DNA of 34,538 nucleotides from Basidioascus undulatus (Eukaryota), in NCBI GenBank assembly GCA_000826855.1, contig JTLS01000074.1:1-34538 (forward strand), written 5' to 3'. The translations under genes were made by a program, and so were the position numbers. Shown one piece after another: positions 1 through 10,292 of this stretch; position 1 is the first letter of the stretch; the number at the start of each line of letters is the position of its first letter. Under the pieces are notes generated by a model. The model was not told the DNA's origin. It made no database searches and worked only from the letters and a program-made list of their open reading frames with translations.

Positions 1-29
1 CAACCCCTTCCTCACCCCCTCCCGTCCAG

Positions 30-621
30 GTTTCTCCCAAGGCGCCGGCCTTGCCGCGCTCCTCGCCTCCCTCGTCGCCCGTCCCTCGCTCCACCCCGAC
101 TTCACCGCCTCCCACCCGCCCTTCAAGTTCGCCATCACCGTCTCCGGCTTCGTCTCGCACGAGCCCGCGCACAAGGACTGGTACCCCCTCCCCGGGCTGG
201 AGACGACCAAGATACTCCATATTATCGGGCGGAACGACACGCTGGTCGTGCCGGAGCGGAGCGAGGCGCTCGCGAAGCTTAGCCCGGGGGGGAGGGTGGA
301 GTACCATGTCGGCGGGCACTGTGCGTCTTCCTTAGCATCTCGACTCGTATCTCCATCTCACCCTCCCCTTCATCCTCGCCAGTCCTCCCCTCCACAGCTG
401 CCTGGCGCCGCTTCTTCCACCAGTACATCTCCTCCTTCTCCACGCCGGACGGGGTGCAAGGCGACGTCGAAAGCCCCGTCGCCAACCCTTCTTCCAACCC
501 TCCCTCCAATGCGTCTACGCCTGCGCCCAGCCGCCCTTGGACGCCCGAGCGCGGCGCGGAGAAGGACGCGGGCCCGGACGCCACGCAGAAGCAGGAGGAG
601 GTGCCGAAGCCGCAGCTTTGA
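30..621 (+). CDS. Serine hydrolase, FSH1/OVCA2 family (3' part; 5' exons outside window)
   Basis: After the acceptor ccag (26-29) the frame reads GFSQGAGLAALL...FKFAITVSGF...ILHIIGRNDTLV...HVGGH. Intron 321-382 (gtgcgt...ccag) then gives FLPSTAAWRRFF... to TGA 619-621. GFSQG (Ser), G-x-x-D (Asp) and HxGGH (His) match the FSH1-family triad motifs. Confidence 0.85.
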
Positions 622-834
622 GGGGTAGACGGCGGAGGAGCGTCCCAGTTGACATGGACATGGAGTTGGTCACGGACTCGCCTCTTGCCGCTCAGATAGC
701 GCACGCTTGCATTGACGTGGTTTGTGGAGGTGCATGTGCCTAGTTGATGAGCAGGAGTGTTAAAAGTATCTAAGTGCGTTTGAGTGTCAATCTTTTAGCC
801 CTCCGTATGTCTCTGCAATAATCCTTTGATTATA

Positions 835-912
835 GCTTGGCTGGGGTAGTGGTAACCTGGGTCGTTGCCATTTGAATTCGACCCGCCCCGTGTTCGATTC
901 ACGGGTCAAGCA
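835..912 (+). tRNA. tRNA-Gly(GCC) with 7-nt intron (871-877)
   Basis: Acceptor stem GCTTGGC/GTCAAGC plus discriminator A. D arm GGGT-AGTGGTA-ACCT. Anticodon stem GGTCG/CGACC with loop TT-GCC-A-[tttgaat]-T. T arm CCGTG-TTCGATT-CACGG. Spliced length 71 nt. Confidence 0.93.
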
Positions 913-1855
913 TTGCTGTTCCAGTTTAAGGTACTGGTATTCACTTTTGACCCTAGATTTATGCATGATCTTCACAAACTTTAATGGCACTTAACATTCC
1001 ATTCAAAAGCCCTACATGACTATGGAGGGGACCGGAATAGGTAACGGCAAGCTCCAGCACGCGTCACCCTTCACGTCTTCTCGCCTCACGACCACGACAC
1101 GACCGCTCCGCATTGAGTGATACCCCGCATCGCTAACCGTTCTCAACCTTCGATCACCTTGTTTCGATCATATTCGATCCGTCTTTGCCTCGAGGCTGCA
1201 CTCAGGTCCCAGAGTTAAGACTGCAGGCGCAGGGACCACAACAAAATGATAGCCGCCTGAATGTTGTTTTGGGCTCGACGACGGATTGGGCTTGAAGACA
1301 GCCATATGCACAGTTGAAAGCTTTCAGCGATGTGAGGGGTTAGCAAGACTGACCATTGCGGCTTTTGCTTCGGATCACACAGTGTATCATGGGCGCTGGC
1401 TGCTTTTGCAGCCCTCAATATCCTGGTCGTCAGTGTGAGCGCTTGCCCTTGTATGGGCAGAGAAGCCGCGGATCTCACTGAGTTACTTCCATTCTGCATT
1501 GACTAAATCGTTTACGGGACCAAGAAGAACTAACCGGCAGATACCTTTTAAGTTCTCGATTCCAAAGACGGATGGCACGTGCGAATTTTTATGGGCAACA
1601 GAGCCGTGTTTCGTCCTCGGAAATCTTGCGGCCCTGTTGACGAGTTGTCTCTATCCTTCGAAAACAGAAGCCGAGGCTCTCCTATCTCTCTCCTATAGTT
1701 TTGTTAAATCTGGATCCCACATCACTGTCTTCGCATGTACAGCCGACATGTCTAAGAACCCTCCAGGCCAAGCCGCTGCTTTCAAATTTCCACGATGTTC
1801 CCCTACCCAAAAAAGCCATCCTGTGTCACCCAACTCACATCCCACATCCCATCTC

Positions 1856-2400
1856 TCAAGCGCTAAGCATGCATTCCCACGACCCCGCCAACAAGCTCCC
1901 GGAGTCCCACCGAAGCCTCTCGAGCGCAGGCAGCCGCGCAGCGATGCGCTCCACAGCTGCGCAGAAAGAGCGCGTGTGCGCGCGCATCCAATCTCGGATC
2001 TGGAGCGCGCACTGCTCATCAATTAGGTCCTCAGAGTACTTCAGAACAGGGTATCTGCAAGGGACTTCCGAACGGAGCTCGGGGGCAAGCCATGCGGGGC
2101 GATGGACGGCGGGAGGGGGAGGACGTTGATAAGGGTGAGGGTGCGGACACGCTGGAGCGGCTGGAAAGCGTCAATGAAGGTTGACTATGAGATGCAGGTT
2201 GTGTGAGCGCAGGATGTTAGATAAGTGAGATAGGAAACGTATGTATAAAGGGGAGGGGACATGCGCGCACAATATCGAGAGTAGAGGCCGGTCGCGGCCC
2301 AGTGAGTGAGAACGGGTAGACCCCGAGCGAAAAGGTCGACGTGAGCGATGGGCATGGTGAGTGCAAAGTATTTCGAGAAGCTGGGAGAGAGCAAGAGGAA
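1856..2400 (-). pseudogene. Decayed LRR/RNI-like (F-box-associated) gene fragment
   Basis: Protein-like segments in different frames (FIDAFQPLQRVRTLTLINV; AAVERIAARLPALERLRWD...SA*) are separated by a stop and frameshift. An intron-like gtgcgc...ctaac...catag is present. No intact start found. Confidence 0.35.
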
Positions 2401-2709
2401 GAGGAAGGTCCCTCTGGCGGCAGAAAAAGGAGACAACGCTCGGGCGCGGCACAGTCACTTTGGAATCTGGCGGCGGCACCGCGTGGGACGAGCCAACGGC
2501 AGCGACATCGCACCCTCACACTGTCCAATTGCAGCAGAGGTTTACAAAGAATGCCATTAAAGATCAAAGTATTCCACCACCAACGAGTCTAAGTTTGAGC
2601 GGCTGTGAACGGCCCACAATGCCGACCTCAGGAGCGGCAGGCCGCTGTCAGTGCTTGTACTCGAACCATCACCATTGCTCCGCCAGCTCATCGCGCGCAC
2701 CAAGCTCAT

Positions 2710-3750
2710 ATGGCAGACACTCATACTGAACCGCACATTTCCCATTTTTGTTCCGATCGACATCTTCGCACACATCGTCCCCTGCTTGGCCCAGCCGTCG
2801 CACCCGCTCGCCTTACGGACTCCTCCGCGACGTGCTCGATGCGCTTCTCGCCCTCATTCTCGTCTCGCACGACGTTCGGGCAGTCACTGTTCCGCACTTG
2901 TTCCATAACGTCCGCATTCTGAACGTTGAGGGGCTGTCGTCTCTTGCACTCTCGACGCACTTGAGCTTTGTTGACTCCCTCTCGCTGTGCGACGTCGAGC
3001 ACTGGGACTACCGGAACAGAGTCCAGTCGGACTGGACAGATCTCGTGCGACCTTTTGCTCAGTGTCTTCCAGCTCACTCAACCTCGTTTGCGCCGTCTCC
3101 TCGTGGACTAAACAAGTTGCGATCGACACCCACCCATCTCGAAGAGTCCTTTCGCGCTTTGAAGGATGAGCTGCAGGAACTTGCACTATCCGACGGGCTT
3201 TCTGGGAAGCAAGAACTCTTTGACTGGGCGAAGTTCACCACGGCCATCAGTCTCAGGCGATTGGCCATGTTGAGACTCTGCATATCGGCCCCATGCATTA
3301 CTCGCCATCAGGCTGCAACGATCGGAACATTCACAGGACTCACCAATCTCGCACTGACTTACATTACTTTTGATCAGAGTGCTCTGTGGGGGACCTCCGG
3401 CGTCTCCCAATGATGCAGCGCGTCCATTGATCGTGAGCGACTTGGCGTCTCCCCTTGCGCGCAATTGGTTGCGAGCCGTTGCCGGCGTTTTGAGTGACGG
3501 CCCCCTGCAGCTACTGGTACACTTGATTTGTGAAGCAGAATTCAACTCCCCGTTTCTAAATGCTTACGAGTGAGCGCGAGAGAGGTTGATGGACGGGACG
3601 CTGTGGGAACTAGATGGCTTGAGCTTGAAGGAGGCGCTGAAGGATGCGGACTGAATGCGCTGGGGGTGGGGGGATCCGGCTGTACCTGCGAATGAAAGAC
3701 GCTCGATTCTTTGTCCAGAACATGATGCAGACCATTGCATGTGGCAAGGG
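2710..3750 (+). pseudogene. F-box/LRR-like pseudogene (copy 1)
   Basis: ATG 2710 (MADTHTEPHISH) shifts frame to PIDIFAHIVPCLAQPSHPLA, then shifts again (~2813) to YGLLRDVLDALLALILVSHDVRAVTVPHLFHNVRI. LRR-like LRRLAMLRL and LTNLALTYI follow, with further frameshift and in-frame stops near 3411-3654. Confidence 0.65.
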
Positions 3751-3962
3751 GGCATTGAGTTACTGCCATTGACGCAAATTGACGCTTACGCTTTGCCCTG
3801 CGGCGGTATCTGGCGGAATTTGTCAGCCGGAGTGGAATCTTACCGCCTGGGCCTCCTGGGCTTCTCGGCGGGAAAAGCCCGGAGCTTCTCTGTACCTGAC
3901 TCTCATCTTCTTCTCCCTCTCCCTTTCTTTTCCAACGATACACTCGTTTGCTCAGTATAGAA

Positions 3963-5311
3963 ATGCCGGTGGTACACGCAGAGTGCGTCTTCTCTCTTCT
4001 GGACGTGTTGCGCGTACTGAAAATCGCATGGTGCCGCCGGTGTCCCTCCTCTTTCGTCTTCGCCCGCTCGCTCGATGGTACTCTTATCGATATTCTTGAA
4101 GAGCCCGTGCGGTACTCAGTGACATGGATGGCACTTTGTGCGATAGCACTTTTGCCGTCGAGGCAGCTTGGCATCATTTTGCGAAGCAATACCCGTTTCT
4201 CGACGTCCCCGAGATCCTCAAGCGTGTGTCCTTCCCCTTGCACCTGTCTTCGCTCCACTGTAATGACAGACCGTACATGCAGACTCACACGGGGTCCGGA
4301 CGGTCGAGGTGCACTTGAATCGTCTTGGTACCGAAGTGAAAGCATCCCCGGAGTTGATGGGCGGATATCGTGGCTACAGAACATGCGGACTTGGTGCAAG
4401 CTTGAGGACCCGCAGCTGCTGGAGGTGATTGTTTCTCCATACACGGACCATTTCTCATTACTAATACATCCAAAATTACACGCCGAACAGAGCGAGACTG
4501 CACGCTTCGAGCGTGCAATCGTCGAGCAAGCTGCAGAGCGGCAAGCACGCGGCGAGCCTGGCCTTATCATCCTTCCGGGGGTGAATGAGCTTTTGACGAA
4601 GGTGAGAAGCAAGATCTATTCTCTATCGGCAGCTCTATGGAAAGGTGTCCTAATGCGTCGCGAGCAGTTGGACGTCGCTGAGCCCAAGGCATGGGCGATT
4701 GTCACGAGCGGTGCGGCCCTGCTCCTTCTTGGTCACCCGTCCACACACCCATGCGACAAACGATTGACTTACCTTTATGATCATGCAGCTACGAAGGTGT
4801 ACGCCCATGCCGCTGTGAAGACCGCGGGCATCAAGCACCCAGAGTGCGTCTTCCCGTTTACCTGCTGTCCTCCTCGGAGCTCTTCAGCATATGCTGACGT
4901 GGTGATGCAAATCTCTTCTTACCCTTCATTGCGTCCGTTAGTGCCTTTGTCACGGCCGAGTGGGTACAGCAGGGCAAGCCGATGCCGGACCCCTACCTCA
5001 AGGGTGCCGAGCTCCTCGGTGTCCCCGCTTCCGACTGTAAGGCCCCTTTCCCCTGATTTTCCTGCTGGTCCGCGGTCGCACTTGCAGAAACTGAACTGTT
5101 TATCTGGGTGACAGGCATCGTCCTGGAGGATGCGCCGAGCGGCATTCGTTCGGGCAAGGCTGCCGGCGCGAAAGTCATCGCCGTCCTCTGCTCTCACGAT
5201 ATCGAGGCCGTCAAGATCGCCGAGCCCGACTTCATCGTCAAAGACCTGAGCGACGTGTCGGCTGAGTGGAAGGACGGGAAATACCACTTCACTATCAAAA
5301 CTATCGAATAG
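3963..5311 (+). CDS. HAD-superfamily phosphatase (glycerol-1-phosphatase / 2-deoxyglucose-6-phosphatase / YfbT-like), multi-exon
   Basis: Spliced product contains motif I DMDGTLCDS, AVEAAW, SHGVRTVE, LPGVNELL, motif II WAIVTS, motif III GKPMPDPYLKGA and motif IV VLEDAPSGIRSGKAAG; TAG 5309-5311. Introns include 4309-4379, 4425-4490, 4602-4667 and 4711-4788. The 5' exon structure is uncertain. Confidence 0.88.
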
Positions 5312-5563
5312 ATTAGACTCTCGTATAGACGTGTCTCATACTTATACATTTGGGATTGAGGTACCACGACATTTTGCGCTTGTGGACTAGCTATGCTCGC
5401 GCCAATCTGTATCATTCGTTTGTTGCGGATTACGCCAGGAAGCAATGTGTTATTTACCCGAGGGAGCACTCACTCTCCTGTGATGTTCCGAAAAACATCT
5501 CGCCTTGCTACACACCGCATCCAGCCCAGCCGCACCAGATCAAGAGCCACATCAAAAGACGCA

Positions 5564-8500
5564 TCACTCCCCTACCTCAACCAGCTCCGCCCCCGCCCTC
5601 TCCGTCCAGATGCTCAGCGCCCAGCGCTCCCCAACCCCCACGCCCTGCGCGTAAGCACTCATCACGACAGTGTACGTCCCCGCCTCCAGATGGACATCCT
5701 CGACGAGTGCGCCCGCGCGTGCGTCTGAGTATGGCCCGGAAGTCGCTATGGGGGCTTCGGGACGGGAGTGGGCGGAGTAAGAGGGGAGAGGGCGGAAGAG
5801 GGAAACGTTCAGGGGAAGCGGGGCGGACGAGGAGGTCTGCTGAAGACGGATGCTGAGAAGCGTAGTGCAAAGCGATGAGTTTCGAGCGGCAAAGGTTGGG
5901 GGTAGGGGGATGGAGCCAAGTACCGAACGAGCCCGCTGCTCTTGAGCTTCAGCCCGAGCTTCGGATTATCGCCGTACCGCCCAAAGCGCGGTGCACCGCC
6001 TGCCGTATGCTCCGTCCATTCTCCTCGTGCGGTGAGCGCAAACATCCCCGCGCCCTCAGCGGGGATGGGGTCGAGGTCGAACGGCAGCGTGCATTCGAGG
6101 TGGAGGGTGAACGCGGCGAGGCGGCCGGGGGTGAAGGTGGAAGGGACGAGGGTGTAGGTTCCGGCTGTGGAGAGGAGGAGTCAGTATGTAGCGCGCCGAG
6201 AAGGGTAGGTAGAATCGTACGCGAGACGCCCGACTTTTCCAGTAGGGCGAGTGAGTGCGTGTACTTCCCGGAATCTGCAAGGGCGTCGCCGTCCGCGAAA
6301 CTGTTCATCCTCCACCGCATCAGTGACGGCGCGATACAACAGACGACCCGACAGCGTACTTGTATACCCGCTTCCCCTCCCCCCAAACGAGCTTGACATT
6401 CACCGGCACGTCCCCCGCCGTCTCGACCGTACATCGCAGCGCAGCGGTCTGCGGCCCTCGCACAGTGGGCGGGCGGATGTTGAGCCTACACTGTGGGTTG
6501 ATATGGAAGGTGGGGAAGGTAGGGTTCCCGCCCGCTGTGCGGGACGTCCAAGCTCCGTCGACCTGCCCGGCGTGCGAAGGGGAATGAGCGATGCGGTGAG
6601 ATGCGTGGGAGACGCAACCGCGAGCTCACCTGTTGAGTGTATGGGAATCGATGTGGCGGGTCGGAGATGGTGAGCGGGACGGAGGAGTAGGCGGAGAGGG
6701 TGTACCCGATCTCGGGGTCTTCGCCCTCGGAAGACGGCTCGGCGCGGCGGTGGGAGACGACGAGCGCGAAGGGGGCTGTGGAGGAGCGAGTGGTGACGCG
6801 AACCTGTACAGAATGGGGAGGGTGAGCATATCTCAGGTGGTAGGGGCAGCCAGCGCGGGAAGGCGTACCAGGATGTGCGGGCTGTCGGTCAATACGTCCT
6901 GCTTGTCCGCCACTGCTCAGCATCCTCCCAAAAAGCTGCATCCCAACACCGAAGGCAGAAACTCACGCCCCCCACGCCCTTGTCCCTCTGCACGCCATCA
7001 TCCGCCCCGTCCGTCCCATCTGTCTCGAACACGTGCAGCGCCGAGAGCCAATCGCCGTCGCTCTTCTTACTGGCAGTATGGCGGGTGAGGAGGATCCAAA
7101 GTTCGAGCGGAGAGGATGAGGACGCCGACGGGGACGAGAAGCTGAGGCGGAACTGGGGGTTGCGATCTGCGGAGTGGGGGTAAGCTTCGGCCGCGCGGCA
7201 AGTTGAGCGGAGAGACCTTACCGAGGTAGGAGCTGGAGGTGGTGCTGACTTTGTGCGTTCTGCGAGTATGCTCCGAAGGATCAGTGTTTGTCTGCGAAAT
7301 GAGAGAAACTGGAGGAAGGACGTACGCGTGCACGCTGGTGGAGTGAATGAAGATGTCCGGGTCCCAGTTGAGGTACAGAGCGTCGAAGAAGTCGCACACC
7401 TCATCCCAGGACAGATCAAAGACGCCTGCGTACCCTCCCAATCAGTAAACCATCTTTCACATTCGCAAGGGGCTTTTCTACCTTCGCGCTGAGTCCCGTC
7501 CTCCAGGACTGCCCGCAAGTCGTATGTCCAGCCGTCGGCGTGCACAGGACCGCCTTGACTCCGCCACGGATTCGCGACCCGCACGATCCGCCGCCCGTCT
7601 TCCTCACGCACATCTGCATAAATACGTGAGCTGCCTGTGTCGCAAGAATAGGAGTGGGAAGAAGCGCACCTTGCACAGCATAATCGTGGCTCGTGATGAA
7701 CCCCTTCCGCTCCAGCAAGGCGTCCAGGTTCTTCCCCGTTCCTAGACTGACCAGGCACGTTCCTATCCAACGACCATCAGCTCAGCTCTACAGGAGTCCC
7801 TGCTTAGCGAGCAGTGCACACGCGAAGGGTCAGCCCTCACCGTGTCGGAAACCGTTGTGTATCCTGAGCCAGGTCTGCTCGCGCTTGAACGAGGTACTGA
7901 GGCGAAGGCCAAGCTTCAGCCAACGTCTCCAATGATCCTGCAACGTGGGGACGCGCGCTCACTCTTGTAGAGAGACGTGCTCGGGTATCCAGCCTGTCAG
8001 GGCGCTGCGGTCCGGCACGGGTGCTCAGCGCGCGTTTCCAGAAAACGGATAAAGTGGCTGTACTGAAGGTCTATGCTCGAGTTCCTGCTCAGTAAAATAC
8101 AATACGTCGTGAGCGGCTGACGGAGACGCGGGGCATGAGGAAGGCGGAAGCGCACGAGCCAGGGAAGTCGTATCCGCCCATGAGCTTCATGTACTGTTCA
8201 ACCGCAATTGTGATCAGCATTCTCCTTATCCTTTCCTCTGGATTATGGGTAAAACTAAGGACCCACAGCCTTCTCCAGCAGCGCCGGCCAGATCTCCGTC
8301 CCAGCGCGCGGGGTTGCCGTCATGAGGCGGCCGTCGGGATAGGTGGGGAGACGGTCGTCGATCTCTGTTCTCGTCATGTTCCAGACCTTCCATCAGCCTT
8401 CCTGTGTGCGTTTTGCAGAGAAGGCGAAGGAGGTCCCCCACCTATTGAGCGGTGCGCGCCGTTGATCAGCAGACGCACCAGGTAGCCGCCGCTCTCGCTG

Positions 8501-9443
8501 CGGATTGGTAGGCCGCGGGGGTCCTGGGGGTACAAGCAGTCGATAGCGAGCTACCAGCATACTTCCTCATCAGCACCTCTCCTCAACCCGGAAAATGAGG
8601 CAGTGGGGAGGTGGGAAGAGGAAAATGGGAACGCGCACCTTCCCCCCAAAGCGGTGGTTGTGCGCTGCGCACACGCTCAGCGCGGCGACGACCGAGCAGT
8701 CGGTCGCGACGTCCTGGACGACATCGTCTGCGCCCCCTTGAGACTCGTCCAACCAGACGGGCGAGAAGGAGAGCGCGCGGACATAGGTTCCGCCTTGGGC
8801 GAGTTGGGCGGGGGAGAGCGAGGGTGGGCGGGGGTCGCTGGTGTGAGAGAAGGGGTGAGATGGTGTAGGGGGTGGTGCAGCGTGGGGAATATGGTACCTA
8901 TATAGAGAGGGGGTGGATGGTGCGGAGAAGAGCGTGGGCGGCGGGGGGGAGAAGATGGGGTAGCGATGGGAGTTGATGAGCGCCGACTTGTACAGCGCGA
9001 GGTCCTGCTCATCTGTCCATCCCTCCACCGAATCAATCCCAATCCTCCACCGTCCCATCCCAAATCCCCGAGCTCAATCGCAAACGGACTCACCTGCGCT
9101 CGTCCTCTCCCTCCTGACCTCCCCAACAGCTTTCAAGCCCTTAAGCGCCTCCGCCCGTCCCACCACGCGCCTCCACCGTTCCTTCAAGCGCGCCTTGGTC
9201 GGCTTGTCCGTCACGGCGCGGAGCAGCGCGAGGTACACCTCCGCGGCGCGGACGTAGAGCGCGAAGGCGCTCGAGTGGTCCGCCGCGTGCTCGGCGCGCG
9301 CGGCTTGGGCGGCGAGGTCCTGGTCACCATCCCGCTCGGTTCAGCTGGAACCTGCGTGGGGTGGTTGGAGGGGAAAAGAAGCTTACTTCGGCTTCAGAGA
9401 GGCGGGAGGAAAGTGTAGGCCCCTTGCGGGAGGAGGAGGTCAT
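5564..9443 (-). CDS. palB: Calpain-like protease PalB/Rim13 (MIT domain + CysPc + C-terminal domain III), multi-exon
   Basis: ATG 9443 (MTSSSRKGP...). MIT-like helices DLAAQAARAEHAADHSSAFALYVRAAEVYL. Catalytic Cys VVQDVATDCSVVAAL (~8697), YLVRLLINGAHR, LEKA|YMKLMGGYDFPGS, LTGWIPE, catalytic His ITSHDYAV (~7686), catalytic Asn RVANPW (~7570). C-terminal GTYTVVMSAY; TGA 5564-5566. Confidence 0.9.
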
Positions 9444-9947
9444 CGTGGGTGGGCAACCTCGCGAGCGGGCGCTGGCACGTGAATCTTGGAGAGGCACACA
9501 CACTGCACGCAGCCGCTTCAACAGAAACAGCGCTCACATTCGAAGCTCGAAGACAAAGACACGACAGCTAGCTCGACGAACTAGAGAATACAATAAACTA
9601 CGACAAAAGGGCGAAGTACAACAGCATAGACGGGAGAGACGCGTGTACAGGTCTCGAGCGCCGCGGAACAACAAGCCACCACGAAGAAACGAAGCAACGA
9701 GAAGCCAAAGGGAATAAGACACGTAGACCCGAAGGTGACCGTTCAGACCAAGAACACAAGGAACACAAGTGAGAGGGGAGGGTAGGGGAAGGGAGAAGGA
9801 AGCAAAGGAAATAAGAACTACGCGGACAACCAGACGTCGTTGACGATACCGTCCAGCGGGTGAACCAACCGATCAAAAAGCGAAGAAACCGTCCCAACTC
9901 CCTTCCCCACCCAACGCCCTTCTGAACCGTCTTCGACCTCCCAGCCC

Positions 9948-10292
9948 TCACCTCCCCCACCCCTCCTCCTCATCCTCCTCTCCATCCTGAAGCCTCAGCT
10001 TCAGCGCGGAGCCCGGCGCAGGGTACTGCGGCTGCATCGGCGCCTGCGGCAGATCCTGGCGGACATCCTGCTCTCCTCCACCCACGTCCGCGAAGGCGGG
10101 GACTAGGAACGTGTAGGGATCGAAAGGCTGGAAGAACTCGGCTGTTGCGGGAGGGAGCGGGTACCCGTACTCGTACGAGTGCACGTGCTCGTACTCGTCC
10201 TCGCGCTCCCACTCGGCGTACGTCCGCGGCGAGGGCGCGTACTCGCAGTCGTACCGGACGAGCACGGGCGGGCCGGAGGGAGGGGCGAACAT
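9948..10292 (-). CDS. Small acidic, Pro/Tyr-rich hypothetical protein (114 aa)
   Basis: Single-exon ATG-to-stop ORF with strongly C/G-ending codons, followed by a pyrimidine-rich UTR-like tract. No recognisable domain. Confidence 0.5.
   Translation of the reverse strand: MFAPPSGPPVLVRYDCEYAPSPRTYAEWEREDEYEHVHSYEYGYPLPPATAEFFQPFDPYTFLVPAFADVGGGEQDVRQDLPQAPMQPQYPAPGSALKLRLQDGEEDEEEGWGR

Noticed and set aside
3542..4612. 356-aa minus-strand ORF
   Set aside because: Antisense shadow of the HAD gene in GC-rich DNA; no motif.
9560..9950. Purine-skewed tract as a repeat or mobile element
   Set aside because: No repeat unit or terminal repeats; it fits the pyrimidine-rich 3' UTR and promoter of the minus-strand genes.
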